64,000 nucleotides of DNA, taken from assembly GCA_964430615.1 (NCBI GenBank), contig CAYSGN010000005.1, positions 3,395 through 67,394 of the forward strand, in the 5' to 3' direction. Within the stretch, counting starts at the first letter, position 1; every line of letters starts with the position of its first letter. Below are positions 17,583 to 28,707 of the stretch, piece after piece. The stretch is from an uncultured Janibacter sp. GTDB lineage: Bacteria > Actinomycetota > Actinomycetes > Actinomycetales > Dermatophilaceae. Position numbers and translations under genes: made by a program. The notes below the pieces were generated by a model, which was given only the letters and a program-made list of their open reading frames with translations, was not told the origin of the DNA and ran no database searches.

Positions 17583-18785
17583 TCAGAAGATCTCGAAGAG
17601 ACCGGCAGCGCCCATGCCGCCGCCGACGCACATCGTCACGACGCCGTACTTCGCGCCGCGGCGACGCCCTTCGATGAGGACGTGGCCGGCCATGCGGGCG
17701 CCGCTCATGCCGTAGGGGTGGCCGACGGAGATCGCGCCGCCGTCGACGTTGAGCTTCTCCGGGTCGATGCCGAGCTGGTCGCGGCAGTAGAGCGTCTGGA
17801 CCGCGAAGGCCTCGTTGAGCTCCCACAGGTCGATGTCGTCGACGCTCAGGCCGTGCTGCTTGAGCAGCTTCGGCACGGCGAAGACGGGACCGATGCCCAT
17901 CTCGTCCGGCTCGCAGCCCGCGACGGCCATCCCGCGGAAGGCTCCGAGCGGGGTCAGGCCGCGCCGCGAGGCCTCGGCGGCCTCCATGACGACCGCGGCG
18001 GAGGCGCCGTCGGAGAGCTGCGAGGCGTTGCCGGCGGTGATCGAGAAGCCCTCGGTGCCGTCCTTGGCGAGGACCGGGTTGAGCTTGCCGAGGTCCTCGA
18101 TCGAGGTGCCTGGGCGGTTGCCCTCGTCGCGGTCGAGGGTCACCTCGCGGGAGGAGACCTCGCCGGTCGCCTTGTCCTTGACGAGCATCGTCGAGGGCAG
18201 CGGCACGATCTCGTCGTCGAAGGCCCCGGCCTCCTGCCCGGCGGCGGTGCGGCGCTGGGACTCGACGGAGTACTCGTCCTGCGCGTCACGCGAGATGCCG
18301 TAGCGCTGCGCGACGACCTCGGCGGTCTCGAGCATCGACATGTACGTCGCGGGGACGTGCTCGACGAGCCACGGGTCCTGGGAGCGGTAGGTGTTCATGT
18401 GCTCGTTCTGCACGAGCGAGATCGACTCGACGCCGCCACCGACGGCGACCTGCTGGCCGTCGAAGACGACCTGCTTGGAGGCGGTGGCGATGGCCATGAG
18501 GCCGCTCGCGCACTGGCGGTCGACGGACATGCCGGCGACGGTGACGGGCAGCCCGGCCCGCAGCGCGGCCTGCCGGCCGATGTTCATCGCGGTCGAGCCC
18601 TGCTGCATCGCGGCGCCGATGACGACGTCCTCGATCTCGGCGCCGTCGACGCCGGCACGCTCGACGGCGTGCCGCACGGCGTGGCCGATGAGCTCCTGGG
18701 CCTGGGTGTCGTTGAAGGCGCCGCGGTAGGCGCGGCCGATCGGGGTGCGAGCGGTGGAGACGATGACTGCTTCGCGCATGGTCAC
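17583..18785 (-). CDS. Acetyl-CoA C-acyltransferase (thiolase)
   Basis: RQCASG catalytic Cys, [22 protein letters not shown]. Confidence 0.93.
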   Translation of the reverse strand: MTMREAVIVSTARTPIGRAYRGAFNDTQAQELIGHAVRHAVERAGVDGAEIEDVVIGAAMQQGSTAMNIGRQAALRAGLPVTVAGMSVDRQCASGLMAIATASKQVVFDGQQVAVGGGVESISLVQNEHMNTYRSQDPWLVEHVPATYMSMLETAEVVAQRYGISRDAQDEYSVESQRRTAAGQEAGAFDDEIVPLPSTMLVKDKATGEVSSREVTLDRDEGNRPGTSIEDLGKLNPVLAKDGTEGFSITAGNASQLSDGASAAVVMEAAEASRRGLTPLGAFRGMAVAGCEPDEMGIGPVFAVPKLLKQHGLSVDDIDLWELNEAFAVQTLYCRDQLGIDPEKLNVDGGAISVGHPYGMSGARMAGHVLIEGRRRGAKYGVVTMCVGGGMGAAGLFEIF

Positions 18786-18825
18786 TCCTGGTGGTCGAAG
18801 GGGGTGTGGGGTCGAGTCTGTCGGG

Positions 18826-19902
18826 TCAGACGACCGGCAGCTCGACGAGGTCCGCGAGATCCGTGCGGTGCCGGTCGGGCGTGCCGAGGGCGAGCTGGTC
18901 GGCCTTGGCGCGCTTGAGGCGCGGGTGGACCGGCGCCTCCCACGTCATGCCGATGCCGCCGTGCAGCTGGAGGGCCTCCTCGGCCGCGCGGACCGCGGCG
19001 TCGGAGCAGAAGGACTGGGCGACCGCCTGGGCGATGCGCTGCTCCTCCTGCGCGGCACCGTCGGCGAGGTCACCGGCAGCCTGCCGGGCGGCCGCCTGGG
19101 TGTTGACGAGGAGGAGGTAGAGGTCGGCGAGACGGTGCTTGATCGCCTGGAAGGAGCCGATGGGCCGGGCGAACTGCACCCGGGTCTTCGCGTACTCCAC
19201 CGTCGTCTCGAGGCACCACTGCGCGAGGCCGAGCTGCTCGGAGGCGAGCAGCGCCGCACCGGCGGCGAGCCCTGCGTCGACCGCAGCGTCCGCCGTTGCA
19301 CCAGAGGAGATCTCGCGCCCCTCACCGGTCGTCGTCACGCGGGCGAGCGGCCGGGTCGGGTCAAGCGAGGTGATCGGCTCGAGGTCGACCTCGTCGCGGC
19401 CATAGGCACGAAGGGAGGTCACTCGCCCTTCGCCCGTGGTCGGCACGAGGAAGAGGTCGGCGCCGATCGCACCGGCGACCGGCTCGACGGTCCCGGTGAC
19501 GCCGCTCCACGCGCCACGGCGCGCGGTCCACGGCAGGACGAGCGTCGCCGTGCGCTCACCCGAGGCGAGCTGTGGGAGGAGCTCCTCGTCGCCGGCGGCG
19601 AGCAGGGTGGAGGTCGCGATGACGGCGCTCGTGAGGAAGGGGACGGGCGCGACCGTGCGGCCGAGCTCCTCGAGGACGACGGCCGCCTCGCGGGCGCTCG
19701 CCCCGGCCCCACCGAGGGACTCGGGCACGAGCAGGCCGGCGAGGCCGAGCTGCTCGGCGAGCGTGCGCCACAGGCCGCTGACGTCCGTGTCGGGCTCGTC
19801 GGCCAGGCGGGCGGCGAGGCCGTCGTCGAGGGCACGGGCGAGGGTCGAGCGGACGCTGGAGCGCAGCGACTCCTCGACATCGGTGTAGAGCAGATCGGTC
19901 AT
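18826..19902 (-). CDS. Acyl-CoA dehydrogenase, short partner subunit
   Basis: [31 protein letters not shown]; 4-nt overlap with upstream ACAD; no obvious catalytic Glu motif. Confidence 0.85.
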   Translation of the reverse strand: MTDLLYTDVEESLRSSVRSTLARALDDGLAARLADEPDTDVSGLWRTLAEQLGLAGLLVPESLGGAGASAREAAVVLEELGRTVAPVPFLTSAVIATSTLLAAGDEELLPQLASGERTATLVLPWTARRGAWSGVTGTVEPVAGAIGADLFLVPTTGEGRVTSLRAYGRDEVDLEPITSLDPTRPLARVTTTGEGREISSGATADAAVDAGLAAGAALLASEQLGLAQWCLETTVEYAKTRVQFARPIGSFQAIKHRLADLYLLLVNTQAAARQAAGDLADGAAQEEQRIAQAVAQSFCSDAAVRAAEEALQLHGGIGMTWEAPVHPRLKRAKADQLALGTPDRHRTDLADLVELPVV

Positions 19903-21068
19903 CGCGGCACGTCCTTGAAGGCGATCCCCTTGTCGGGGCGGTGGTCCGGGGGCAGGCCGAGCACCCGCTCGGCGATGACATTGCGCATGATCTCGCTCGT
20001 GCCACCCTCGATGCTGTTGCCCTTGGCCCGCAGGTAGCGGTAGCCCGGGCCGTGGCCGAGGAAGGAGCCTCCCTCGGGGCGGACCATGGTCCAGTCGTGG
20101 TAGGTCAGGCCCTCCTCGGGCGCGACCTCGAGGGCGAAGCCGCTCACCTGCTGCGCCTGGTGGGCGAAGGCGAGCTTCATCGCCGAGCTCTCCGGGCCGG
20201 GCTGGCCGGCCTCGAGGCCCTGGCGCAGGCGCTCACCGGCGAGGCGAGTCACCTCGGTCTCGACCCACCACTGCATGAGCTCCGCGTGGTGGCCGGGGGT
20301 GCGCACCGACGGGTCGCGGCGCCAGCGCTCGGTGACGATGCCGATCTGGCCGGCTTCGCGCTCGCTGCCCGCTCCGATGGCGACGCGCTCGTTGTTGAGG
20401 GTCGTCGTCGCGACCTTCCACCCCTCGCCGACCGCGCCGACCCGACGGGAGTCGGGCACGCGCACGCCGGTGAGGAAGACCTCGTTGAACTCCGCCTCAC
20501 CGGTGATCTGGCGCAGCGGACGCACCTCGACGCCGGGGTCGGACATGTCGACGACGAAGTAGGTCATGCCCGCGTGCTTCGGCACGGAGGTGTCGGTGCG
20601 GGCCAGGAGGATCGCGAACTGGGCGTTGTGCGCGCCGGAGGTCCACACCTTCTGCCCGTCGACGACCCACTCGTCGCCCTCGCGGACGGCGCGGGTCGCG
20701 ACGCCGGCGAGGTCCGAGCCGGCACCGGGCTCGCTGAAGAGCTGGCACCAGATCTCGGTGCAGGCGAAGAGCGGTCGCAGGAAGCGCTCCTGCATCTCGG
20801 GCGTGCCGAAGGCGATCATCGTCGGTGCGGCCATGCCGAGACCGATGCTGTTGCGTCCGACGTCCGGTCGCGGCGCGCCGGCGGCCTCGAGGAGGGCGTC
20901 GACCTCGAGCTGGCGCCCGCGGGCCAGGCCCAGTCCCCCCTTCCCCTCCGGGAAGTGCACCCAGGCGAGCCCGGCGTCGAACTGCGCGCCGAGGAACTCG
21001 GCGGGAGGCGTCGTGCTGGGGTCGTGACTCGCGAGGAGCTCCTCGACCCGCTGCTTCAGCTCAGGCAT
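19899..21068 (-). CDS. Acyl-CoA dehydrogenase, catalytic subunit
   Basis: [42 protein letters not shown]. Confidence 0.9.
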   Translation of the reverse strand: MPELKQRVEELLASHDPSTTPPAEFLGAQFDAGLAWVHFPEGKGGLGLARGRQLEVDALLEAAGAPRPDVGRNSIGLGMAAPTMIAFGTPEMQERFLRPLFACTEIWCQLFSEPGAGSDLAGVATRAVREGDEWVVDGQKVWTSGAHNAQFAILLARTDTSVPKHAGMTYFVVDMSDPGVEVRPLRQITGEAEFNEVFLTGVRVPDSRRVGAVGEGWKVATTTLNNERVAIGAGSEREAGQIGIVTERWRRDPSVRTPGHHAELMQWWVETEVTRLAGERLRQGLEAGQPGPESSAMKLAFAHQAQQVSGFALEVAPEEGLTYHDWTMVRPEGGSFLGHGPGYRYLRAKGNSIEGGTSEIMRNVIAERVLGLPPDHRPDKGIAFKDVPR

Positions 21069-22278
21069 GCTGCGTCATCCTCCGGATCTCGTGGCGGGCG
21101 AGGGCGTTCTTGTGCACCTCGTCGGGGCCGTCGGCGAAGCGCAGGGTGCGCACCTGGGCGTACCACTCGGCGACGGGGAAGTCCTGGCTCAGGCCGCCGC
21201 CGCCGTGCACCTGCACCGCCTTGTCGACGATCCACTCGACGGTCGACGGGGCAGCGATCTTGATCGCCTGGATCTCGGTGTGCGCGCCCTTGTTGCCCAC
21301 GGTGTCCATGAGCCAGGCGGCCTTGAGGGTGAGCAGGCGCAGCTGCTCGATGCGCACCCGCGACTCGGCGATCCAGTCCCGGATGACGCCCTGGTCGGAC
21401 AGCGGCTTGCCGAAGGCGACGCGGCTCGCGGCCCGCTCGATCATGAGCTCGAGGGAGCGCTCGGCGATGCCGATGAGCCGCATGCAGTGGTGGATGCGGC
21501 CGGGGCCGAGGCGGGCCTGCGCGATGGCGAAGCCGGAGCCCTCCTCACCGATGAGGTTGCTCGCCGGCACCCGCACGTCGGTGAAGTCGATCTCGGCGTG
21601 CCCGCCGTGGTCGCGGTCGTCGTAGCCGAAGACCTTCATCCCGCGGCGCACCTCGACGCCCGGAGTGTCCCGCGGTACGAGGATCATCGACTGCTGCTTG
21701 TGACGGTCGGCCGACGGGTCGGTCTTGCCCATGAGGATGAAGACCTTGGCGTTGGGGTTCATCGCGCCGGAGATGTACCACTTGCGGCCGTTGATGACGT
21801 ACTCGTCGCCGTCGCGGACGATCGAGGTCTCGATGTTGGTCGCGTCCGAGCTGGCGACGCGCGGCTCGGTCATCGCGAAGGCGGAGCGGATCTCGCCGGC
21901 GAGGAGCGGGGTGAGCCACTGCTCCTTCTGCTCGTCGGTGCCGAACATGTGCAGCACCTCCATGTTGCCGGTGTCCGGCGCCGCGCAGTTGGTCGCGACC
22001 GGCGCGATGTGCAGGCTGCGACCGAGGATCTCGCACAGCGGCGCGTACTGGAGGTTGGTCAGGCCCGCGCCGTCCTCGCCGGGGAGGAAGAGGTTCCACA
22101 GCCCCTGGCTGCGGGCGGCCTCCTTCGCCGGCTCGATGATCGGCGGCGGCGACCAGCGGTCGGGCGCCGCGTCGAGCTGCTCCTGGTAGGTCGCCTCGAT
22201 GGGGTAGACGTGCTCGTCCATGAAGGCGGTGAGCCGCTCCTGCAGCTCGGCTGTCGTGGCGTCGGTGGAGAAGTCCAC
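21061..22278 (-). CDS. Acyl-CoA dehydrogenase (ACAD10/11-like subfamily)
   Basis: [54 protein letters not shown]. Confidence 0.9.
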   Translation of the reverse strand: MDFSTDATTAELQERLTAFMDEHVYPIEATYQEQLDAAPDRWSPPPIIEPAKEAARSQGLWNLFLPGEDGAGLTNLQYAPLCEILGRSLHIAPVATNCAAPDTGNMEVLHMFGTDEQKEQWLTPLLAGEIRSAFAMTEPRVASSDATNIETSIVRDGDEYVINGRKWYISGAMNPNAKVFILMGKTDPSADRHKQQSMILVPRDTPGVEVRRGMKVFGYDDRDHGGHAEIDFTDVRVPASNLIGEEGSGFAIAQARLGPGRIHHCMRLIGIAERSLELMIERAASRVAFGKPLSDQGVIRDWIAESRVRIEQLRLLTLKAAWLMDTVGNKGAHTEIQAIKIAAPSTVEWIVDKAVQVHGGGGLSQDFPVAEWYAQVRTLRFADGPDEVHKNALARHEIRRMTQHA

Positions 22279-22294
22279 GTCTCGCTCCCTTCGG

Positions 22295-23821
22295 TCAGGT
22301 GGTGGGGGCGGCGGCCCGGGCGGGCCGCTCGCCGGTGCTCGAGATGTCGTCGCGGTCGATCTGCCGCTTGAGGATCTTGCCGGTCGCTCCCTTGGGCAGG
22401 GCCTCGACGAAGCGGTAGATGCGCGGGACCTTGTAGGCCGCGACCCGCTCCTCGAGCCAGGCGCGCAGTGCGCCGGCCTCGATGGTGCGGCCCGGCTGCG
22501 GGGTGACGACGGCGGCGATCTCCTCGCCGAGACGCTCGTCGGGGACGCCGATGACGGCGGCCTCGAGGACGTCGGGGTGGCCGTAGAGGACCTCCTCGAC
22601 CTCGCGCGGGTAGACGTTGTAGCCGCCGCGGATGACGAGGTCCTTCATCCGGTCGACGATCCACAGGTCGCCGTCCTCGTCCATCCGGCCGATGTCACCG
22701 GTGAAGAACCACTCACCGTCGCGGACCTGAGCGGTCGCGTCGGGGCGGCCCCAGTACTCACGCATGACGACCGGTCCGGCGATGGCGACCTCGCCGACCT
22801 CGCCCGGGGGCAGGTGGCGGTGCTGCTCGTCGACGATCGAGAGCTTGCAGCCGGCGAGGGCGCGGCCGACGCTCATCTCCTTGCGCGGGTGGATGGCGCG
22901 ATTGAAGCTCGCGGCGCCTGTCGTCTCGCTCAGGCCGTAGCCGTCGAGGACGAGGGCGCCGAAGCGGTCCCGGAAGGCCTTGGCGACCTCGAGGGGAAGG
23001 GCGGCGCCGCCCGAGCAGGCCAGGCGCAGCTGGGTGAAGTCCTCGGCGGTGAGGTCGGTGTCGGCGTGGAGCATGGCATTCCACATCGTCGGCACCCCCG
23101 CGAGCGCGGTGAGCCGCTGCTCGGCGGCGAGGCGCAGCAGCGCACCGGGGTCGAAGGGACGCAGCAGGCTGAGCGTCGCGCCCGGCGTGAAGGTCGTGAA
23201 CATCACCGCGGCCTGGCCGAAGACGTGGAAGAGTGGAAGGGCGGTGCCCATGCGGTCCTCGCTCGTCACCTCGAGCGCGTCGGCGAAGCCGGCGCCACAG
23301 GCCAGGAGGTTGCCGTGGGTGAGGACGGCTCCCTTCGGCGCACCGGTCGTGCCGGAGGTGTAGAGCAGGACGGAGGCGTCGTCGGCCTCCGCCGGCACGG
23401 GGTCGGGTGCGCCCTGCGGCTCGGGGACGCAGCCGGGCTCGAGGAGCCACAGGCCGAGGCCGGCGGCGGCAGCGACCGCGCTGACGGCCGCGTGGTCCTC
23501 GTGCCAGCCGACCGCGAGGGTGCACCCGGCGTCGTCGACGAAGTGGGTGAGCTCGCGGGCCGTGCACAGCGGGTTGACGGTGACGGCGGTCGCGCCGAGC
23601 GCGAGGATCGCGTGGTAGGCGAGGACGAACTCGGCGCTCGTCGGCACGACGACGAGGACCCGGTCACCGGGGCCGACCCCGCGCCCGGAGAGCTCCTCCA
23701 TCGCGCCACGCACGCCCGTGCGCAGCTGCGCCCAGGTCCAGGACCGCTCGCCCTCGCGCAGAGCGACCGCGTCGGGCGTCTCGTCGGCCCAGCGCCAGAC
23801 GAGACCGGCGGCGTTGGCCAT
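22295..23821 (-). CDS. Long-chain fatty acid-CoA ligase
   Basis: [38 protein letters not shown]. Confidence 0.9.
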   Translation of the reverse strand: MANAAGLVWRWADETPDAVALREGERSWTWAQLRTGVRGAMEELSGRGVGPGDRVLVVVPTSAEFVLAYHAILALGATAVTVNPLCTARELTHFVDDAGCTLAVGWHEDHAAVSAVAAAAGLGLWLLEPGCVPEPQGAPDPVPAEADDASVLLYTSGTTGAPKGAVLTHGNLLACGAGFADALEVTSEDRMGTALPLFHVFGQAAVMFTTFTPGATLSLLRPFDPGALLRLAAEQRLTALAGVPTMWNAMLHADTDLTAEDFTQLRLACSGGAALPLEVAKAFRDRFGALVLDGYGLSETTGAASFNRAIHPRKEMSVGRALAGCKLSIVDEQHRHLPPGEVGEVAIAGPVVMREYWGRPDATAQVRDGEWFFTGDIGRMDEDGDLWIVDRMKDLVIRGGYNVYPREVEEVLYGHPDVLEAAVIGVPDERLGEEIAAVVTPQPGRTIEAGALRAWLEERVAAYKVPRIYRFVEALPKGATGKILKRQIDRDDISSTGERPARAAAPTT

Positions 23822-24636
23822 CAGGCGTCTCCCTTCAGGTGGCGCTGGTAGCGCTGCATTCCGTGGATCCAGCGGTCGTGGTCGTCGACCTTGCGCCGGA
23901 GGAACTCGCGGACCTCGGCGTGCGGGGTGATGAGGAAGGTCCCCTCCTGCACCGCGACGAGGACCTGGTCGGCGACGTCGCTCGGGGCGAGCACCTCACC
24001 GGCGCCGGTGACGGCCGCGGCGGCGACCCGGCCCCCTTCGCCTCCGGAGGAGGTCATGCCCGAGCGCAGCAGGTCGGTGTCGACGCCCATCGGGCACAGG
24101 CAGCTGACGCCGATGCCGTCGTCGCCGTAGGTGACGGCGAGCCACTCGGCGAAGCCGACGGCGCCGTGCTTGGAGACGGAGTAGGTCGCCGACCCGATCT
24201 GGGTGAGCAGGCCTGCGGCAGAGGCGGTCGAGACGAAGTAGCCGCTCCCCCGCTCGACCCAGCCGGGCACGAGCCGGCGGGCGGAGCGCACGTGGGCGAG
24301 GAGGTTGACGTCGAGCGCCAGCTGCCACTGCTCGTCGGTGGCGTCGAGACCGGAGCCGTCGCCGACACCGGCATTGGCGAAGAAGAGGTCGACGGGACCG
24401 AAGTGCTCCTCCGCCGCGGCGACCATGGCGTCGATGACGGTCTCACTCGAGGCGTCACCCGCGACGGCGACGGCTCCGAGCCGCTCGGCCGTCGCGGTGA
24501 GGCGCTGCTCGTCGAGGTCCGAGACGACGACCCGGGCGCCTGCCGCGATGAGCGACTCGGCGATGGCCGCGCCGATGCCGCCGGCGGCGCCGGTGACGAC
24601 CGCGACCTTGTCCGTGAGCTGCATGCCGGTGCCCAT
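23821..24636 (-). CDS. SDR-family oxidoreductase
   Basis: TGAAGGIG, NAG, YSVSK; start overlaps the upstream stop (TGATG). Confidence 0.88.
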   Translation of the reverse strand: MGTGMQLTDKVAVVTGAAGGIGAAIAESLIAAGARVVVSDLDEQRLTATAERLGAVAVAGDASSETVIDAMVAAAEEHFGPVDLFFANAGVGDGSGLDATDEQWQLALDVNLLAHVRSARRLVPGWVERGSGYFVSTASAAGLLTQIGSATYSVSKHGAVGFAEWLAVTYGDDGIGVSCLCPMGVDTDLLRSGMTSSGGEGGRVAAAAVTGAGEVLAPSDVADQVLVAVQEGTFLITPHAEVREFLRRKVDDHDRWIHGMQRYQRHLKGDA

Positions 24637-25397
24637 CAGTCGCACGGCCCGCCGGCGACGTAGAGGACCTGGCCGGTGGTGAAGCCGGCACCCTCGCTGA
24701 CGAAGAAGGAGACGGCGTGGGCGATGTCCGCCGGGGCGCCGGTGCGGGCGACGGCGGCCTGCTCGCTCGCCATCTTCTTCAGCTCGTCGAAGCCGATGCC
24801 GATGCGCGCCGCGGTCTCGGCGGTCATCTCGGTCTCGATGAAGCCGGGGGCGATGGCATTGGCCGTCACGCCGAACTTGCCGAGCTCGATGGCCAGCGTC
24901 TTGGTGAAGCCCTGCATCCCGGCCTTGGCCGCGGAGTAGTTGACCTGGCCGCGGTTGCCCTGGGCGGAGGTCGAGGAGAGGTTGACGATGCGGCCGAAGC
25001 GCTCCTGGGTCATGTAGGCCTGGCAGGCCTTGGTCATGAGGAAGGCGCCGCGCAGGTGGACGGCCATGACGGCGTCCCAGTCCTCGACGGACATCTTGAA
25101 GATGAGGTTGTCGCGGATGATGCCGGCGTTGTTGACGAGGACCGTCGGCGCGCCGAGCTCGTCCGCGATGCGCTGGACGGCCGCCTCGACCTGCTCGGCG
25201 TCGGAGACGTCGGCACCGACGGCGAGCGCTCGACCACCGGAGGCGGTGATCTCCTCGACGACGGGCACGCAGGCCGACTCGTCGAGATCGAGGACGGCGA
25301 CGGCCATGCCGTCGGCCGCGAGGCGGCGGGCGACACCCGCGCCGATCCCCCGGGCCGCGCCGGTGACGACGGCGACGCGCTGCTGGTCAGTGGTCAT
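24636..25397 (-). CDS. SDR-family oxidoreductase (FabG-like)
   Basis: TGAARGIG, NNAGIIRD, NYSAAK, NAIAPGFI. Confidence 0.88.
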   Translation of the reverse strand: MTTDQQRVAVVTGAARGIGAGVARRLAADGMAVAVLDLDESACVPVVEEITASGGRALAVGADVSDAEQVEAAVQRIADELGAPTVLVNNAGIIRDNLIFKMSVEDWDAVMAVHLRGAFLMTKACQAYMTQERFGRIVNLSSTSAQGNRGQVNYSAAKAGMQGFTKTLAIELGKFGVTANAIAPGFIETEMTAETAARIGIGFDELKKMASEQAAVARTGAPADIAHAVSFFVSEGAGFTTGQVLYVAGGPCD

Positions 25398-25434
25398 GAG
25401 AGCTCCTGTGGTCTCGACTGCCGATGTGCGCTTC

Positions 25435-25470
25435 ACCGTACTTGAATCCGGCTTCAAGTTCAACTAGGTT
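25435..25470. promoter_or_regulatory. Overlapping divergent promoters containing operator copy 3 (25441-25458)
   Basis: Operator CTTGAA-TCCGGC-TTCAAG; minus promoter TTGAAC-N17-TACGGT; plus promoter TTGAAT-N17-TAGGTT. Confidence 0.75.
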
Positions 25471-25504
25471 TCCGGTCATCCGCACGTGATCGAAGGAGCT
25501 CACC

Positions 25505-25975
25505 ATGACCCAGACCGCACAGCAGCGCCCGACCTCCGTCCAGGACCTCAAGGACCTCGTCGGCGTCGAGCTCGGGCCCACCGAGTGGCACGTCGTCGAC
25601 CAGGCGAAGATCGACGCCTTCGCCGACCTCACGGGTGACCACCAGTGGATCCACGTCGACCCGCAGCGGGCGGCGGACTCCCCCTTCGGCTCGACGATCG
25701 CGCACGGTCTCTACTCGCTCTCGCGCACGCCGGCCTTCCTCGAGGAGCTCATGGCCTTCGACGGCTTCGCGCACAGCCTCAACTACGGCTACGACAAGGT
25801 GCGCTTCATCCACCCGCTGCCCGTGGACTCGCGGATCCGTCTGCGCGCCACCCTCACCTCCGTCGAGGAGACCGCGCCCGGCGCGGTCAAGGTCGTGACG
25901 ACGCTGACCGTCGAGGCCGACGGCATCGACAAGCCGATCCTCGTCGCCGAGTCGATCGGCCGCTTCAGCTCCTGA
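25505..25975 (+). CDS. MaoC-family (R)-specific enoyl-CoA hydratase
   Basis: FADLTGDHQWIHVD, TIAHG, NYGYDKVRF. Confidence 0.88.
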   Translation: MTQTAQQRPTSVQDLKDLVGVELGPTEWHVVDQAKIDAFADLTGDHQWIHVDPQRAADSPFGSTIAHGLYSLSRTPAFLEELMAFDGFAHSLNYGYDKVRFIHPLPVDSRIRLRATLTSVEETAPGAVKVVTTLTVEADGIDKPILVAESIGRFSS

Positions 25976-25983
25976 CGTGAAGC

Positions 25984-26091
25984 TGCATTCCCCTAGGGCA
26001 ATGCGCGCTCACCGTGCATTCCCCTAGGGCAATGCACGCCAACGGCCCCCTGTTCCTGCATTGCCCTAGGGGAATGCAGGAACAGGGGGCC
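25984..26091. repeat. Cluster of three ~22-bp imperfect palindromes (REP-like); third copy in a long hairpin
   Basis: TGCATTCCCCTAGGGCAATGC(A) at 25984 and 26015; exact reverse complement at 26057-26078 inside a 19-bp perfect stem 26044-26091. Confidence 0.85.
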
Positions 26092-26099
26092 GAGTCGTG

Positions 26100-26600
26100 T
26101 CAGCGGCGGACGCCGATGGCGCCGGAGAGCGGCAGCTGCCAGGGCAGCGCCCGGTGCTCGGCGACGAGCGCGTCGATCCGCTCCGCAAGGTCGGGCGGGA
26201 AGGGGGCGGAGCGCCGGGTCGCGAGGTCGACGTGCCCCTCGAGCACCTCGAGCGTGTTGGCGATCCGCCCCGTCGTGCGGTTGACGAGGATCGAGATGCC
26301 GTGGAAGACCTTGTCCCCACGGTCGAGCCACCGCACGTGCGCGGAGACCTCCTCACCGACGTGCACCTCGGCGAGGAAGCGCAGGTGCTGCTCCATGCTG
26401 AAGACGCTCAGCCCGCGCCCGCTCCGGTAGGCGTCGTCGAGCCCCATCTGCTCGAGCGCGGCCCCTGCGGCCCGGATGTGGAAGCCGTAGAAGTGGGCGA
26501 CGTTGACGTGCCCGTTGCCGTCCTCCCACTCGGGGCCGGCGACGGTGCGCACGGCCGCCGGGATCTGGTCGACCTCCTCGACGGTGACGGACGCGCTCAC
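26100..26600 (-). CDS. Thioesterase-family protein
   Basis: EWEDGNGHVNV hot-dog thioesterase motif; GTGA overlap with the upstream gene. Confidence 0.8.
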   Translation of the reverse strand: MSASVTVEEVDQIPAAVRTVAGPEWEDGNGHVNVAHFYGFHIRAAGAALEQMGLDDAYRSGRGLSVFSMEQHLRFLAEVHVGEEVSAHVRWLDRGDKVFHGISILVNRTTGRIANTLEVLEGHVDLATRRSAPFPPDLAERIDALVAEHRALPWQLPLSGAIGVRR

Positions 26601-27550
26601 GGGACGAGGACGACCTTGCCGGTCACCGTGCGCCCCTCGAGCGAGGCGATCGCCGTCGCGGCGTCCTCGAGCGGGTGCGTGGCACCGACGACCGGTCGCA
26701 GGGCTCCGCTGCGCAGGTGCGGGAGCATCGCCTCCCACTCACGGGCGATGTGACCCGGCTTGGACAGCGCGTAGGCGCCCCAGCCGACGCCGACGACCGA
26801 GACGTTGTTGAGCAGCAGCCGGTTGACCTTGACCTCGGGGATCGAGCCGGCGGTGAAGCCGATGACGAGCAGGCGACCGTGCTCGCGCAGCGAGCGCAGC
26901 GAGTCGGTGAAGCGGTCGCCGCCGACGGGGTCGACGACGACGTCGACCTGCGCCTTGCCGACCGTCTCGAGGAAGCCGTCCGCGAGGACCACCTCGTCGG
27001 CACCCGCGGCCCGGGCGATCTCCCCCTTCGCCTCGGTCGAGACGACACCGATGACGCGGCCGGCACCGAAGGCCTTGGCCATCTGGATGGCCGCGGTCCC
27101 GATGCCGCCGGCGGCCCCGTGGACGAGGACGGTCTCACCCTCGGCCAGGTGGCCGCGCTCGACGAGCGCGAAGTAGACGGTCGCGTAGTTGAAGGTGAAG
27201 GAGGCCGCCTCCTCGAAGCCGACCTCGTCGGGCAGCGCGAAGGTGAGGTCGGGGCGGGCGAGCGCCTTCTCGGCGAAGCCGCCCAGGAGCGTGAGCGCGG
27301 CGACCCGATCACCCACGGACAGCCCGCTGCCCTCGGGGGCGGCGGTGACGACGCCGGCGACCTCGGCCCCCGGGACGAAGGGGAGGTCGGGCTTGATCTG
27401 GTAGAGCCCCCGGGTCTGGAGCAGCTCGGGGAAGGCGACCCCGGCCGCCTTGACGTCGATGGCGACGAACCGGTCGTCGCTCGGGTCGGGCAGGTCGACG
27501 ACCTCGACCGCCTCGGGCCCGTCGAGGGAGGAGATGTGGATGGCGCGCAT
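26597..27550 (-). CDS. NADPH:quinone oxidoreductase-family MDR
   Basis: PFVPGAEVAG, VLVHGAAGGIG, DPVGG, GRLLVIGF. Confidence 0.88.
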   Translation of the reverse strand: MRAIHISSLDGPEAVEVVDLPDPSDDRFVAIDVKAAGVAFPELLQTRGLYQIKPDLPFVPGAEVAGVVTAAPEGSGLSVGDRVAALTLLGGFAEKALARPDLTFALPDEVGFEEAASFTFNYATVYFALVERGHLAEGETVLVHGAAGGIGTAAIQMAKAFGAGRVIGVVSTEAKGEIARAAGADEVVLADGFLETVGKAQVDVVVDPVGGDRFTDSLRSLREHGRLLVIGFTAGSIPEVKVNRLLLNNVSVVGVGWGAYALSKPGHIAREWEAMLPHLRSGALRPVVGATHPLEDAATAIASLEGRTVTGKVVLVP

Positions 27551-27570
27551 GAGGGGGTCCCTTCGTGACG

Positions 27571-28572
27571 TCAGAGCTGGAGGAGGAGCTTGCCCGTGTT
27601 GACCCCGTCGAAGAGGCCGAGCAGGGCGTCGGGGAAGGCAGCGACGCCACCCTCGAGGACGGTCTCGGTCGCGACGAAGCGGCCGTCGGCGATGAGCTCG
27701 CTGATGCCGGCGATGGCCTCGGGGTAGCGGTCGGCGTAGTCCATGACGAGGAAACCTTGCATGCTCGCGCGGAAGACGAGCAGGGCCATGTAGCGACGCG
27801 GCCCCTCGGCGAGGGTCTCGTCGTTGTACGTCGAGATCGCGCCGCAGATGGCGATGCGGGCACCGTGGGCGAGGTTGGCCAGGGCGGCGTCGAGCAGCTC
27901 GCCGCCGACGTTGTCGAAGTAGACGTCGACCCCGTCGGGGGCCGCGGCGCGGACCTGGCGCAGCAGGTCGCCCTCGCGCCGGTCGATGACCTCGTCGAGG
28001 CCGAGCTCGCGCAGCCATTCGACCTTGTCCGGGCCGCCCGCGACGCCGATGACCCGGCAGCCCTTGGCCTTGGCGAGCTGGGCGACGGTGCTGCCGACGG
28101 CTCCGGCCGCGGCGGAGACGAGCACGGTGTCGCCCGGCTGCGCCCGACCGACGTCCTCGAGGCCGAACCACGCGGTCATGCCGGGCATGCCGAGCGCGCC
28201 CAGCCAGGTGCTCATCGGGGCGACGTCGAGGTCGAGGCGGGTGACTCCCTTCCCGTCGGAGATCGCGTACTCGCGCACCCCGAAGGTGCCGCTCACGACG
28301 TCGCCGACGGCGAAGTCGTCGTGCTGCGAGGCGATGACCGTGCCGGCGCCGAAGGCGCGCATGACGGCCCCGATCTTCACCGGCGGCAGGTAGGAGCGCA
28401 CGTCGTTGAGCCAGCCGCGCATCGCCGGGTCGAGGGAGATCTGCTGCATCTCGACGAGGAACTCTCCGGGCCCCGGGTCCGGGACCTCGCTCGTGGCGAG
28501 CTCCCAGGTGCTCGCGTCGGGGCGGCCCTGGGGGCGGGCGGCGAGGCGGATCTCCTGCGAGGTCCGGGTCAT
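27571..28572 (-). CDS. NADP-dependent oxidoreductase (PGR/LTB4DH-like alkenal reductase)
   Basis: SLDPAMRGW, LGMPGMTAWFGL, VSAAAGAVGS, YFDNVGG, NTGKL. Confidence 0.88.
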   Translation of the reverse strand: MTRTSQEIRLAARPQGRPDASTWELATSEVPDPGPGEFLVEMQQISLDPAMRGWLNDVRSYLPPVKIGAVMRAFGAGTVIASQHDDFAVGDVVSGTFGVREYAISDGKGVTRLDLDVAPMSTWLGALGMPGMTAWFGLEDVGRAQPGDTVLVSAAAGAVGSTVAQLAKAKGCRVIGVAGGPDKVEWLRELGLDEVIDRREGDLLRQVRAAAPDGVDVYFDNVGGELLDAALANLAHGARIAICGAISTYNDETLAEGPRRYMALLVFRASMQGFLVMDYADRYPEAIAGISELIADGRFVATETVLEGGVAAFPDALLGLFDGVNTGKLLLQL

Positions 28573-28619
28573 GGGGACTCCTGAGGTCGGGCGAGCGGGT
28601 CGTCGCCACCCTCCCACAA

Positions 28620-28671
28620 CGTGAATCGAGGTTCAACTACTCTTGAACCGAGATTCATGTCCGGCTACGGT
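28620..28671. promoter_or_regulatory. Operator copies 4 and 5 plus plus-strand promoter
   Basis: CGTGAA-TCGAGG-TTCAAC (28620) and CTTGAA-CCGAGA-TTCATG (28642), 22 bp apart; TTGAAC-N17-TACGGT. Confidence 0.7.
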
Positions 28672-28707
28672 CGGGGGCGGACCTCCCCTTCGACACCAAG
28701 GACAGCC

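Noticed and set aside
25984-26091. CRISPR array
   Set aside because: Three palindromes with 10- and 20-nt gaps, one inverted, and no cas genes; does not fit repeat-spacer architecture.
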